Shown piece after piece: positions 1-13,361 of a stretch of DNA of 64,000 bases. This stretch comes from Squalus acanthias (Eukaryota). The position numbers were made by a program, and so were the translations under genes. Each line of letters begins with the position of its first letter. The stretch's first letter is position 1. The stretch spans positions 4,526,001 to 4,590,000 of the forward strand of contig CM059432.1 in assembly GCA_030390025.1 (NCBI GenBank), given 5' to 3'. The notes under the pieces are model-generated. The model had not been told where the DNA came from. It searched no databases and saw only the letters and a program-made list of their open reading frames with translations.

Positions 1-110
1 ACCCTGTCAAGACCCTCAGAATCTTCTATGTTTCAATCAAGTCACCTCTTACTCTTCTAAACTCCAGCGGATACAAGCCTAGCCTGTCCAACCTTTCCTC
101 ATAAGACAAC
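1..110 (-). mobile_element. CR1 LINE ORF2 3' fragment
   Basis: Matches the CR1 segment at ~30541-30640 ([17 protein letters not shown] region). Confidence 0.8.
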
Positions 111-995
111 CAAATAGGCAGCAGCCAGTAGTACATGGGCAATAGATCAAGATTTATTACGCTGACAGCGTAATATACTTAACAACAGGCGATAGTTCAA
201 CAAGTAGCTCACAGCCCTTGGTCTCTGGAGCCTCTCGGACACCGGTGACGTTGTCTTCAGTCTGTTCCTTTGTTCTTGTGGTAGGTCTGTGTGAAGTTGT
301 TCTTTGAGTATCGAGGTTTTAACCCTTTTCTTATCAAAAGTTCATTTGGCCAGTGTCCATATATGGTCTTTAACAAAATCACCTTTTTTAATTGGTTCTA
401 ATAGTCAACATACCATTGTCACTCAGACTAAGGGTAACATCTTGGCCCCACCTGGCTCAGTATTTTTCCGACAACTCTACCATATTCATCATTATCTTGT
501 TTATACGTTCTTCACCTCATTGGAATTTACCTTATCTTTCTTATTTCTAGCTTCCCTGGTACAAGCAGTACAAGACCTTTCTGTACCAAGGGGCCCATGT
601 CAGCGCTGTCTCGCTAGTCTTGACGGTATCCAGACTATCTCACTTCAGTCTACCAGATGGATACCTTAACTCCCATGATCTCTCTCATTTTAATTTCCTT
701 ATTCTAATTAACTTTTAATTATCTTTGCCATTAGTTTTGTTAAGCGAACTCTAATTCCTACTTAGCATTATAATGTTATTTAACAATTTAACCTTCACTC
801 GCAGCCTGTGGCTGTTTGTTATCAGAGCTTAGTCAAAACTGCTTCTAACTGTCCTTGCGACTACATTCGAACAAGCCTTAATGTTTCCATACCCACAGGG
901 AATCATGGGTAAGATTAGTTGGTCAATGGCTGCACTTAAATTTATACATATGATTCTCATCTACTAAGAATCTCTAAATACCAATCTTTCGTACA
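111..995 (-). mobile_element. Unclassified AT-rich insertion, possibly LTR-like
   Basis: Lies between a CR1 fragment and a SINE head. On the minus strand it begins TGTA and has AATAAA near its far end (~153-158). No TSD confirmed. Confidence 0.3.
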
Positions 996-1080
996 CTGGA
1001 GTGTCAGCCTAGATTTATGTGCTCGAGTCTCTGGAGTGGGACTCGAACCCACAACCTTCTGACTCAGAGGCGAGAGTGCG
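996..1080 (-). mobile_element. tRNA-derived Deu-SINE (SacSINE1-like) head fragment
   Basis: Reverse complement of the SINE head at 6025-6140 and 8652-8760. Confidence 0.75.
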
Positions 1081-1095
1081 ACTGCACTGGACACA

Positions 1096-2005
1096 GGGCA
1101 TCACCCCTACCCGCTGTCAATCTTTGCGATTTTGACAGCGGACCCGCCTCCAACATTGCTGGCCAGGAGGCCAGCGATGGCATCACCATGGCCAGATTTA
1201 CTTCACTTGACGCTGTAAACCCTGGCTGCCACATGATGCGTCAGGTTGACACCATCCCACGCCAGCACCGTGAAGCATCCCTTTAATGTCCAAGCCATTC
1301 CATGCACACTCATCAATATAGTGGGGCGGGGGAAGGGGAGTTATGACTGAACAATCACTGGAACTCAGATCTGTCCAATAAGGGGCACTTTTGGAAAAAG
1401 ATATTACACTGTATGACAACACATTACCAGAAACTTCACATGGACATTGGCTAAACCTCTCAAGTGCCTACCCTTGTGTGTTGTTAGTTGGTATGCTTGC
1501 AGTAGGATGAGGGTGAGTGTGAGGGGTGGCTAGTGAGATGGGGAAGTGATAAAGTAGATAGAGAGGGTTGGTGGAGGTGCAAGGTAAGTTGGTGTCCTGG
1601 GGAGGTCTCTTCCACCCATGGGAAGGGAAGAGAACCTCCCTGCGTGCTGTGACTCCCTCCATAAGCATATGGAGGGAGTCATTGGAGAGCCAGGGTGTAA
1701 GCGTCCACCTTTGTGCAGTGATTGTCAGTGTTTGCAGCACCTCAATGCTGTCAAACACTGACAGATCAACTGTCAAAATAAAATTGTGGACGTGGTCCTG
1801 TTAAGGAAACCGGCAGATGACGCGTCATCAAATGACGTCATCAGACCCGCTTCCTGCTAATTGGCCAGGAAGCCCACAGGGCGGGGCTTAACAAGGCCAA
1901 CAAGGAAAAATCACGTCTGCAGAGCGGAGGCAGCTGGGGGCGGGACCAGAACCCGGAAACCAGCTCTCCCGCCCCCATCCTGCCTCCAGAATTAAATTCA
2001 CGGCC
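1096..2005 (-). mobile_element. Non-autonomous PIF/Harbinger derivative with Myb/SANT remnant
   Basis: ORF 1468-1776 contains SNDSLHMLMEGVTARREVLFPSHGWKRPP, similar to the N-terminus of the Myb/SANT protein at 14211. Terminus GGCCGTGAATTT. Homologous to the copy starting at 60217. Confidence 0.65.
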
Positions 2006-3235
2006 AGAGTATTTGTTTAATTTCACTGTCATTTCCTTATTACCCATTATAATTTCTCCTGTCTCAGCCTGTAAGGGACCCACATTTAATTTTGTTAATC
2101 TATTCCTTTTTACATACCTATAGAAGCTTTTACAGTCTGTTTTTATGTCTCTCGCTAGTTTACTCTCATATTCTATTTTCCCTTTCTTTATCAATTTCTT
2201 GGTCCTCCTTTGCTGAATTCTAAAAACCTCCCAATCCTCAGGCTTACTACTCTTTTTGGCAACATTGTCAGCCTCTTCCTTTGATCTAATACTATCTTTA
2301 ACTTCTCTTGTTAGCCATGGTTGGACCACTTTTCATGTGGGGTTTTTGTGCCTTAAAGAAATGTAGATTTGTTGTAAATGATGTATTAATTCTTTAAATG
2401 CTAGCCATTGCTTGTCTACCATCATAACTTTTAATGTAGTTTCCCAATCTACCTTAGCCAACTTGCCCCTCATACCTACGTAGTTTGCTTTGTTTAGATT
2501 TAAGACCCTAGTTTCGGATTTAACTAAATCACTTTCAAACTCAATATAAAATTCTATCATATTATGGTCACTCTTCCCTAAAGGCCCCTTTACTACAAGG
2601 ATGTTAATTAACCCTTTCTCATTGCACAATACGAGATCTAAAATAGCCAGTTCCCTAGTTGGTTCCTCAACATACTGATCTAGAAAACTATCTTGCATAC
2701 ATTCCATGAATTCATCCTCCAAACTATTGCTGCAAATTTGGTTTGCCCAGTCTATATGTAGATTAAAGTCCACCCATGATCACTGTATTACCTTTGTTAC
2801 ATGCGCTTCTAATTTTCTGATTTATACACTGCCCTACATTACAATTACTGTTTGGGGACCTATAAACAACTCCCACCAATGTTTTCTGCCCCTTGCTGTT
2901 TGTTAGCTCCACCCAAACTGATTCTACTTCTTGATTTTCGGAGCTAAGATCCTTTCTCTCTACTGTCTTTATCCCTTCCTCTTTTATCAGGGCTACCCCT
3001 CCTCCTTTTCAATTTTGCCTATCTCTTCTAAAAGTTAAGTATCCTGGAATATTTAGTTCCCAACCTTGGCCACTTTGCAACCACCTCTCTGCTATGGCTA
3101 TTAGATCAAACCTATTAATTTCTATCTGCGCTATTAATTCATCTATTTTGTTGCGAATGCTTCGCGCATTCAGATATAGTGCCTTTAGATTTGACTTATT
3201 TCTATTTTTCTCTGATGTCACCTTAGTCATTGATG
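2006..3235 (-). mobile_element. CR1 LINE ORF2 N-terminal part (APE endonuclease plus linker), degraded
   Basis: LYLNARSIRNK (APE start), GDFN-like MDFN, LDLVLCN, LGKSDHNMIEF, PWLT..., FYRYVKR motifs in ORFs 3009-3230, 2333-2773 and 1841-2329. Confidence 0.9.
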
Positions 3236-3257
3236 CCTTTGTTACTCTCTCTGTCTA

Positions 3258-4572
3258 TGCAAGACCAGCATTTATTGCTCATGCCTAGTTGCCCTTGAGA
3301 AGGTGGTGGTGAGCCGCCTTCTTGAACCACTGCAGTCCGTGTGGTGATGGTGCTCCCACAGTGCTGTTAGGGAGGGAGTTCCAGGATTTTGACCCAGCGA
3401 CGATGAAGGAACGGCCGATATATTTCTAAGTCAGGATGGTGTGTGACTTGGAGGGGAACTTGGAGGTGGTGGTGTTCCCATGCGCCTGCTGCCCTTGTCC
3501 TTCTAGGTGGTAGAGGTCGCGGGTTTGGGAGGTGCTGCTGAAGAAGCCTTGGCGAGTTGCTGCAGTGCATCTTGTAGATGGTACACACTGCAGCCACGGT
3601 ACGCCGGTGGTGGAAGGAGTGAATGTTTAAGGTGGTGGATGGGGTGCCATTCAAGTGGGCTGCTTTGTCTTGGATGGTGTCGAGCTTCTTGAGTGTTGTT
3701 GGAGCTGCACTCATCCAGGCAAGTGGAGAGTATTCCATCACACTCCTGACTTGTGCCTTGTAAATGTGGAGTCAGGAGGTGAGACACTTGCCGCAGAATA
3801 TTCAGCCTCTGATCTGCTCTTGTTGCCACAGTATTTATGTGGCTGGTCCAGTTAGGTTTCTGGTCAATGGTGACCCCCAGGATGTTCATGGTGAGGGATT
3901 CGGTGATGGTAATGCCATTGAGTGTCAAGGGGCGGTGGTTAGACGCTCGCTTGTTGGAGATAGTCATTGCCTGGCACTTGTGTGGTGCGACTGTTACCTG
4001 CCACTTATCAGCCCAAGCCCAAAAGTTGTCCAGGTCTTGCTGCATGCGGGCATGAACTGCTTCATTATCTGAGGAGTTGTTAATGGCGCTGAACACTGTG
4101 CAGTCATCAGCAAACATCCCCACTTCTGACCTTATGATGGAGGGAAGTTCATTGATGAAGCAGCTGAAGATGGTTGGGCCTCAGACACTGCCCTGAGGAA
4201 CTCCTGCAGCGATGTCCTGGGGCTGTGATGATTGACCTCCAACCACCACAACCATCTTCCTTTGTGCTAGGTATGACTCCAGCCAGTGGAGAGTTTTCCC
4301 CCCCGATTCCCATTGACTTCAGTTTTACTAGGGCTCCTTGATGCCACACTCGGTCAAATGTTGCCTTGATGTCAAGGGCAGTCACTCTCACCTCACCTCT
4401 GGAATTCAGCTCCTTTGTCCATGTTTGAACCAAGGCTGTAATGAGGTCTGGAGCCGAGTTGTCCGGGCGGAACCCAAACTGGGCATCAGTGAGCAGGTTA
4501 TTGGTGAGTAAGTGCCGCTTGATAGCACTGTCGACAACACCTTCCATCACTTTGCTGATGATTGAGAGTAGA
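3258..4572 (-). mobile_element. CR1/L2-group LINE, RT and 3' end, degraded
   Basis: QFGFR, ALDIKATFDRVWH, FADD, LGVTID motifs. The 3' tail ending GGGCAATAAATGCTGG recurs many times in the window. Confidence 0.85.
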
Positions 4573-6024
4573 CTGTTGTAATGTAGGAAGCATGGCAGCC
4601 AATTTGTACTTGGCAAGCTCCCACAAACAGCCATGTGATAATGGCCAGATCATCTGTTTTAGTGTTTTTAGGGAATCAAGGGAAATGGAAATCGGGCGGG
4701 TAAGTGGAGTTGAAGATCAGCCATGATCTTATTGAATGGCGGAGCAGGTTTGAGGGGCCGTATGGCCGACTCCTGCTCCTAATTCTTATGTTCTTATGTT
4801 TTCCTCCCCGAATGAAAATTGAAACGAGCTGGTGCAGGAAACTTGTTATTTGTCTGTGCAGTATCTGCTGGCAGTCTAAGGGTTAATCATAGCAGCGGAT
4901 ATAAAATAATGGAGCTCAGTCAGACCCCCCAACCAGTATTATTTTGTTTGTTAATTCAAAAACAAAATCGCCCTGTAACCAACCCCATCAACTGGAAAAG
5001 TTCCTAATTAAAATAGGCACATTAATCATAGAATCAGAGAAATTTACAGCACAGAAGGAGGCCATTCGGCCCATCGTGTCTGTGACGGCCGACAAAGAGC
5101 CATCCAGCCTAATCCCACTTTCCAGCTCTTGGTCCGTAGCCCTGTAGGTTACGGCACTTCAAGTGCATATCCAAGTACATTTTAAATGCGATGAAGGGGT
5201 TTCTGCCTCTACCACCCTTTCAGGCAGTGAGTTCCACCACCCTCTGGGTGAACAAAGTTCTCCTCAAATCCCCTCTCATCCTTCTACCAATTACTTTAAA
5301 TCTCTGCCCGTTGGTTATTGACCCCTCTGCTAAGGGAAATAGGTCCTTCCTGTCCGCTCTATCTAAGGCCCCTCATAATTTTATTCAACTACTCATCCGC
5401 TCATTTAAAAAAAAATTCGACAGCAATGAAAAGAAGCACGGTTTTTGCAAGCTTAGATAACTTTGTGTGCATTAGTGACAGCCCTCGGGACAGCCAAGAG
5501 ATAAAAACGCTATTAAGTCTTCAATAGACAGTTGAGCACAAGATCTAATGCATCTCTATAGATTTATTCGAATACTTTCAGTACTATCAGCGCCTTCCAG
5601 TGACAGCTGTCAGTCATGGTGCAGTGAGCTTATGTGTGTCTGAACTGCTCTCGTGCGTTGCCATTATTTATCCCGTGACAGGAATGTCCCAGAAATGACA
5701 CCTGAGATTCCAGAGAAGGGATCAGCGTGTTTGTGAGGACTCTTGGGGTGAATAGACCGCTGCGCCGCACATCTGTCAATCACTGGAGCAAGAGAATTAA
5801 AACAAGTATCAAGGCACTTCGATTAATTCAAAGTTTCAACTGCAACTCACTCTGCTGGCATGGGAAGTCGAAATGCTAATGCACATGCACTTTTGATGTT
5901 CTGTTCAACTTTTCAGTACTTTTCTTGCATTGAATCAGTTTTATGTTCACCCAGCACTTGTCAGCTTCCCTACACTTCAAAAGTACTTAACTGGGACATC
6001 CTGAGGTTGTGCAAGACTGTAGAG

Positions 6025-6505
6025 TGTCAGCTGTGGCTCAGTGGGTAGCACTCCTGCCACTTGAAGTGTGAATGGTTGTGGGTTCAAGTCCCACCCTAGA
6101 AACCCTGAGCACAAAAATCTACGGCTGACACTCCCAGTGCAGGGCTGAGGGAGTGTTGCACTGTCGGAGGTGCCATCTTTCGGATGAGATGTTAAACCGA
6201 GGCCCCGCCTGCTCTCTCAGGTGGACGTAAAAGATCCCACGGCCGCTATTTTGAAGAAGAGCAGGGGAGTTCTCCCTGGTGTCCTGGGGCCAATATTTAT
6301 CCTCAACCAACATCACTAAAAAACAGATTATCTGGTCATTATCACATTGCTGTTTGTGGGAGCTTGCTGTGCGCAAATTGGCTGCTGCGATTCCCACATT
6401 ACAACAGTGACGACACTTCAAAAAGTACTTCATTGGCTGTAAAGCGCTTTGGGACGTCCGGTTGTTGTGAAAGGTGCTGTAGAAATGCAAGTCTTTCTTT
6501 CTTTC
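6025..6505 (+). mobile_element. Full-length tRNA-derived Deu-SINE (SacSINE1-like)
   Basis: Pol III A box (TGGCTCAGTGG), B box (GGTTCAAGTCC), Deu-like core (GGTGCCGTCTTTCGGATGAG..TTAAACCGAGGCCCC) and a 3' tail resembling the L2 3' end. Confidence 0.8.
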
Positions 6506-7767
6506 AGTACAGAAGGAGGCCATTCGGCCCATCGTGCCTGTGACGGCTCTTTGAACAGACCTACCCAATGAGTCCCTCTTTCCCCACAGCCCTGCAAATT
6601 TCACCTTTTCAAGTATTTATCCAATTCTCCTTTTGAAAATTACGAATTAATCCGCATAAAATGTCATTTTAATTTTGATGGGAAATCTTGCTTTGTCTCT
6701 GATGTTGGTGACTGGCACTGACAGTCTTCAACATGAATGTAAATACTCACCAAAAACACAGGAATAAAAACACCAGTTGAGGCCGGTTAGCCAGGCCGTG
6801 CTGAATTCACTAACAAGAGAGGGAAGATCTGGCTGCAGTGATGAAGACACACGGCAGTCTCCAGCTCACCTGCAGTTGTTCAAGTACCAGGACAGCGTGG
6901 CTGCACAGTGTATTGAAGTGTCACGTGTTCCTTTTCCACTTTTATTACCATCATTCTAAGTCTAGTAAAGGAATGCCAAATGCCCAATCAGTCCTCTGGG
7001 ACCGAGACAAAACTGGGACATATATCGGCCGTTCCTTCATCGTTGCTGGGTCAAAGAAGGACTCGGATAGCAGGCACTTAGGAACACCACCACCTCCAAG
7101 CTCCCCCCCCTAAGTCACACGCCATCCTGACTGGGACATTCCTTCATCGTCGCTGGGTCAAAATCCTGGAACTCCCTCCCTAACAGCACTGTGGGAGCAC
7201 CTTCACTACACGGACTGCTGCGGTTCAAGAAGGCGGCTCACCACCACCTTCTCAAGGGCAACTAGGGATGGGCAATAAAAGCTGGGCCTTGCCAGCGTCG
7301 CCCACATCCCGAGAATTAATGTTTAAAAAAAGCAAGAGGTTAGGAGGAACGTTGAGTGGTAGTAACAATACTTTTCATAGTGTCAAGTTTTGTTCTGGGC
7401 TTCAAGAAGATTCATGGGGCAATTTTAAACCTTATCAGGTGGACACGAAAGATCCCATGGCACCCGGCAGAAATTGGGAGGCAGGGGGGGGGAGGTCAAA
7501 ATTGGTCGGGAATCTTACCCAAATTTGTCCCGCATCGATCCCGCTGTCTTGAACTTTAACCTGCTCTTCTGAGCAGGCGCCAAGGACACCCGCCTGAAGC
7601 CGGCAGGGTCCTTCTTTAAATATGCTGCTCGGCGATCGATGATGTCATTGGGCTCTGAGTGCAATTTTTAACTACTGGCCTGAGTGGGGAAGTCGTTGAG
7701 ACCAGGTGAAGGGAGCGGGAAGAGGATTCTTTACCTTCGTCTAAGATCTCCTCTGAAATATCTCTCG

Positions 7768-8210
7768 AAAGGTTGAGTAGATTGGGCCTATACTCTCTGG
7801 AGTTTAGAAGAATGAGAGGTGATCTCATTGAAACATATAAGATTCTGAGGGGGATTGACAGGGTAGATGCTGAGAGGCTGTTTCCCCTTGGCTGGGGAGT
7901 CTAGAACCTGGGGGCATAGTCTCAGAATAAGGGGTCGGCCATTTAGGACTGAGATGAGGAGGAATTTCTTCACTCAGAGGGTTGTGAATCTTTGGAATTC
8001 TCTGCCCCAGAGGGCTGTGGATGCTGAGTCTTTGAGCATATTCAAGACTGAGATAGATAGAGTTTTGGACTCTAGGGGAATCGAGGGATATGGAGATCGG
8101 ACGGGAAAGTGGAGTTGAGGTCAAAGATCAGCCATGATCTTACTGAATGGCGGAGCAGGCTCGAGGGGTCATATGGCTGACTCCTGCTTCTATTTATAAC
8201 GTTCTTATGT
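7768..8210 (+). mobile_element. CR1 LINE 3' end
   Basis: YSLEFRRMRGDLIE and RRNFFTQRVVNLWNSLP motifs plus TTCTTATG tail. Confidence 0.9.
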
Positions 8211-8651
8211 CATTTCTCATTACTCATTCCTCTAACATCAGGGGTCAGCCTCATTTTAACATGACTCACTTGACATATCAGGAAATGGTACACGTCAGAA
8301 CGAGATTACTGAACAAAGAGAAATGATACAACAAAACCCACATGACAGGGCAGCACTCGGCGTGACCCCATGGTATAAGCTGACAAAAGGAATGATACAG
8401 GACCAGAAGAGGTCCAGACAGGGAACTTTCCTTGCCGGCCCCCAGGAGCAGGAGTATTCCTCCGTTCCTCCGGCCCCCACAAGGAAAATTTACACTTCTC
8501 CTGCCCTGAGCTCCCCCACTCCCTCCGCCTCCACCACCCCGCCCCCCACCCCCCCCCCCACCCCCCCAGTTACCGGGAAACCCTCCCGAAAACCCCTTCT
8601 CCTGACTTACCTCATTGCAAGCGACCGTTCCTTTGGTACCTGCTCATGTAA

Positions 8652-8990
8652 GTCAGTCGTGGCTCAGTGGGCAGCTCTCTCGCCTCTGAGTCAGAAGGTT
8701 GTGGGTTCAAGTCCCACTCCAGAGACTTGAGCACAGAAATCTAGGCTGACGCTCCCAGTGCAGGGCTGAGGGAGTGCTGCACTGTCGCAGGTGCCGTCTT
8801 TCGGATGAGACGTTAAACCGAGGCCCCGTCTGCTCTCTCGGGTGGATGTAAAAGATCCCATGGCCACTATTTGGAAGAGTTATCCCCGGAGTCCTGGGGC
8901 CAATATTTATCCCTCAATCAGCATCACTAAAAAAAGCACTTTGGTACATCCTGAGGTTGTGAAAGGCGCTGTGGAAATGCAAATCTTTCT
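8652..8990 (+). mobile_element. Deu-SINE, internally deleted
   Basis: Same head and core as 6025-6505. Confidence 0.8.
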
Positions 8991-9409
8991 TCTCCTGCCA
9001 GCCGACCTTTCTCTCCCATTCAATGGCCAGCTGCCATTCCCCACCTGGGTCGGGCGGGCAGCTGGGCAGGAGGTGCAGATGATGTCCCGGGGCTAAGATT
9101 GCCTGAGGCCTCGGGCTACCCCGGCCCCACATCCGCCTAATTCCCCCTCAGGGGTTAAAATCGTGGCTTTTATGTCTGTCAGAACATGCCGTGAACGCTG
9201 TATTTGATCATTCTGTATTTGTATTTAGCCTGCTTCACTCAGTTTGCAGTGTTAGTGTTGATAAGTCGAGATCCAACCGCTTCCCTTTGTTGTCGTTCAA
9301 TTCAGGTTTGTCGTTATTAACGGGACAAAACAGTGGACACGGAAGGAAACACCTCCATCTACTGGTCATCAGTAGAGGTACAAGAATAATTTCAACATCT
9401 TACAACCAT

Positions 9410-9740
9410 AAGGATTAGGAGCAGGAGTCGGCTATATGGCCCCTCGAGCCTGCTCCGCCATTCAATGAGATCATGGCTGATCTTCGACCTCAACTCCACT
9501 TTCCCGCCCGATCTCCATATCCTTCGATTCCCCTAGAGTCCAAAAGTCTATCGATCTCAGCCTTGAATATACTCAACGACTCAGCATCCACGGCCCTCTG
9601 GGGTAGAGAATTCCAAAGATTCACAACCCTCTGAGTGAAGAAATTCCTCCTCATCTCAGTCCTAAATGGCCGACCCCTTATCCTGAGACTGTGAACACTA
9701 GTTCTAGACACTCCATTAGGGGAAACAGCGTCTCAGCATC
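9410..9740 (-). mobile_element. CR1 LINE 3' end
   Basis: ORF 9490-9711 RRNFFTQRVVNLWNSLP. Confidence 0.9.
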
Positions 9741-9744
9741 AATC

Positions 9745-12700
9745 AGCACCTGTGAAGAGACGCTCGACCAGGAAACACCAAAACTGGTTCGATGAGAACG
9801 ACCAGGAGATCCAGGAGCTAATAAGCCGCAAGCGCAAGGCATTCCTGATCTGGAAACAGCAACAGAACTCGAGAGCAAGAAAGCAGCTCTACAGACGACT
9901 GAAGGCCAAGGTCCAACAAAAAACTCGCGACCTAAAGAACAGATGGTGGGTGGAGAAAGCGCAGGAGATTCAGCAGCTAGCCAACAACCACGACGTGCGT
10001 GGATTCTTTAGCGCAGTCAAGACCGCCTACGGCCCAAGCACCCAAGGCTCTACCCCACTGCGGGCCAAGAACGGACAGATACTCATCAAGAACGGAGAGG
10101 CAGTCAGTGCCCGCTGGAAGAAGCACTTCGAAGATCTCCTTAACCGAGACTCTGTCTTCGACACGAGTGTCCTCAACTCCATCCCACAGCATGCTACCCG
10201 CCACCATCTGTAAGGTTTCCAAAATTTGCAGATCCCCAAAACCTGAGGAAAAAAGGACTTTGGAACTACCCCAGAGTGATGAAAATGCATTTGGGCCTAA
10301 CATAAGGAATTTAAGACCAAAAACCAAGTTTTGGCATTTTAAAAACATGTCTGGACCTGTAAGGGAGAAAAGGCTGCACAGGAAGTGGGTACGACCTCTG
10401 TAAAAGCAGTTTTGGGTATTGCAGTTAAATTGCATTGTCTGGGGAATCGGGATGACCTCACTCAAGCCCCAGCAAGCATTAACATTTGGACAATAGACCC
10501 TGGGAGAAGGCAGCCCCACCCAAAACACAGGCCCCATTAAAACCTATCACAGACCCATCAAAACCATGCATAATTCAAATCGCTCAGGAACATTCTATAG
10601 AAAAACTCGAGTCCAGCCTAGAAACCCAAAACACCAAACCAATCACCTGTAATCAACTGAAGAGATCGACAGGACGCAAGCCATTTGACACTTAGTAAAG
10701 TCGTTACTGTTAACGAGGTCTTACAATGACCAGGATTTGATTTGGTTTTGACAAGGCCACTTCAATTTAGTATAATTGAAGGCCCATCAAACAGTTACAG
10801 TTCAAGTTCAACAGAAGGCAGTTCTGCAGTTCAATCGAAAAGCCTGTTTTCAGCAAGAAGTCAGTGCTGGAGTTACAGAGTTCAGGACAAGCAGGCAGAA
10901 GGCAGTTTCCACAGTTCTGCAAGAAGGCAGTTCCACAGCTCGGAAGCAGACAGTTTAAACAGAGGCAGAGTTACAGCAAGAAGTTCAACAAAGAAGGCCA
11001 ACAACTTCACAAGCAGACCGACACGCAAGAAGAAACCAGAGCGACTGCCTCAGTGACCATCTGACACCTCGCGGCAACAAGGGCCTTACGAAACCTTTTA
11101 CTCAAAAGACTCTAAACCCTAACTCTCAACTATCAAGGATTCGTTTGGTGAGCATTATCCCTGGTTCTCCAGAGTCCAACCGAGCTAGTGAAGTGGGATT
11201 GGGAGGGGTGAAGTATTCTTCTAATGTTATTTCCCTCGCCTGTACCGCATGTTACCCAACCTGTGTTTAAGCATTAAGAGTGTTTTAAGTTTGTTACCTT
11301 TTTCTTATAATAAAGTCAAAATTCTTTCATCAAAACCTGTTGTCTACTGCATCTTTGTTCACAACCCCCAAATAAGTCTAAGGTCTAGAACCAGGGGCAT
11401 GGGAGCGATTCGAACCGCTCACTGAGTCAGAGGTGAGGCTGACCCCACACTCCACCCCCTACACATCTCAGCACAACCCCAGCCCGGCTTGAGGTTGAAA
11501 AGGCCATCCGACAACTGAAGAACAACAAGGCCTCAGGGGCAGATGGAATCCCCGCCGAGGCACTAAAGCATGGCGGAGAAGCACTACTGGCGCGAATTCA
11601 TGAACTCATTTCTCTTATCTGGAAGGAGGAGAGCATGCCAGGGGATCTCAGAGACGGCGTAATTGTGACCGTCTTCAAGAAAGGTGACAAGTCCGATTGC
11701 GGTAATTACAGAGGAGTTTCCCTGCTGTCTGCCACAGGGAAAGTCATCGCAATAATCCTCCTCAATCGCCTTCTCCCAGTGGCCGAAGAGCTCCTCCCAG
11801 AGTCGCAATGCAGATTCCGCCCAGAAGGGGCACAATGGACATGATCTTCACCGCGCGTCAATTACAAGAGAAATGCAGGGAACAGCACCAATCACTGTAC
11901 ATGGCCTTCTTTGATCTCACAAAGGCCTTTGACACTGTCAACCGTGAGGGATTATGGAGTGTCCTCCTCAAATTCAGCTGCCCTCAAAAGTTTGTCACCA
12001 TCCTCCGCCTGCTTCACGACGACATGCAAGCCGTGATCCTGACCAACTGTTCCACCACAGACCCAATTCACGTACGAACCGGGGTCAAGCAAGGCTGTGT
12101 CATCGCACCAACGCTCTTCTCGATCTTCCTTGCTGCAATGCTCCATCTCACCCTCAGTAAGCTCCCCGCTGGAGTGGAGCTAATTTACAGAACAAACGGA
12201 AAACTGTTCAACCTCCGTCGCCTCCAGTCCAGATCCAAGGTCGTCCCATCCTCTGTCATCGAGTTACAGTATGCAGACGACGCTTGCGTCTGCACTCACT
12301 CGGAGGTCGAACTCCAAACCATTGTCAACACCTTCACCGAAGCATACGAGAGCATGGGCCTTACACTAAACATCCGTAAGACAAAGGTCCTCTACCAACC
12401 TACCCCCGCCACACAGTACTGCTCCCCGATTATCAAAATCCACGACAAGGCCTTGGACAACGTGGGCCACTTTCCATACCTCGGGAGCCTACTGTCAACA
12501 AGGGCAGACATCAATGACGAAGTTCAACACCGCCTTCAGTGTGCCAGTGCATCCTTCGGTCGCCTGAGGAAGAGAGTGTTTGAAGACCAGGACCTCCAAC
12601 CCGGCACTAAGCTCATGGTCAAGGAGCGCACGTCAACCCAAGCACCCCACCCACCCGTCCCTTCAACCACCGTCTGCCCCACCTGTGACAGAGACTGTAG

Positions 12701-12790
12701 GTCCCGCATTGGACTCATCAGTCACCTGAGAACTCATTTTTAATGTGGAAGCAAGTCATCCTCGGCTCTGAGGGACTGCCTAAGAGAGAG
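9745..12790 (+). mobile_element. RTE-clade LINE, split by a solo LTR and with an internal 3' deletion
   Basis: HQNWFDEND, NYRGVSLLS, FFDLTKAFDTV, GVKQGCVIAPTLF, YADD and C-terminal CPTC..HLRTH. Sequence is continuous across 10208/11464. Confidence 0.92.
10209..11463 (+). mobile_element. Solo LTR (~1.25 kb)
   Basis: TGTAAG...CCTACA termini, 4-bp TSD CATC (10205-10208 and 11464-11467), TATA-like ~10771, AATAAA ~11309. Homologous to 40136-41607. Confidence 0.85.
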
Positions 12791-13361
12791 AAGATCTACC
12801 CTGTCAATCCCCCCTCAGAATCTTATATGTTTCAATGAGATCACCTCTTACAAAGGAACAGGAGGAGGCCATTCAGCCTCTCATGCCTGTTCCGCAATTC
12901 AAATTAGATCATGGCTGATCTGTATCTTAGCTCCTTCTACCCGCCTTGGTTCCGTAACCCTTAATATCCCTCGCCCAACAAAAATCGATCAATCTCAGTT
13001 TTGAAATTTTCGATTGACCCCTGCAGCCTCAACAGCTTTTTGGGGGAGAGTGTTCCAGATTTCCACTACCCTTTGTGTGAAGAAGTGCTTCCTGACATCA
13101 CCCCTGAACGGCCTGGCTCTAATTTTAAGGTTGTGCCCCCTTGCTCTGGACTCCCCCCACCAGAGGAAATAGTTTCTCTCCCTCTACCCTATCAACTCCT
13201 TTAATCATCTTAAACACCTCAATTAGATCGTTCCTTAATCTTCTATATTCAAAGGAATACAAGCCTAGTCTATGTATACAGAGCCCTTAATGCATAAGAT
13301 CCTTAATATTTATTTAAAGAAATCTACAGAAAGCTTACAGCTACCAATTAATTACTGTATA

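Noticed and set aside
6025..6100. tRNA genes (also ~8655, ~25810-25885, ~42210)
   Set aside because: These are tRNA-derived SINE heads continuing into SINE bodies.
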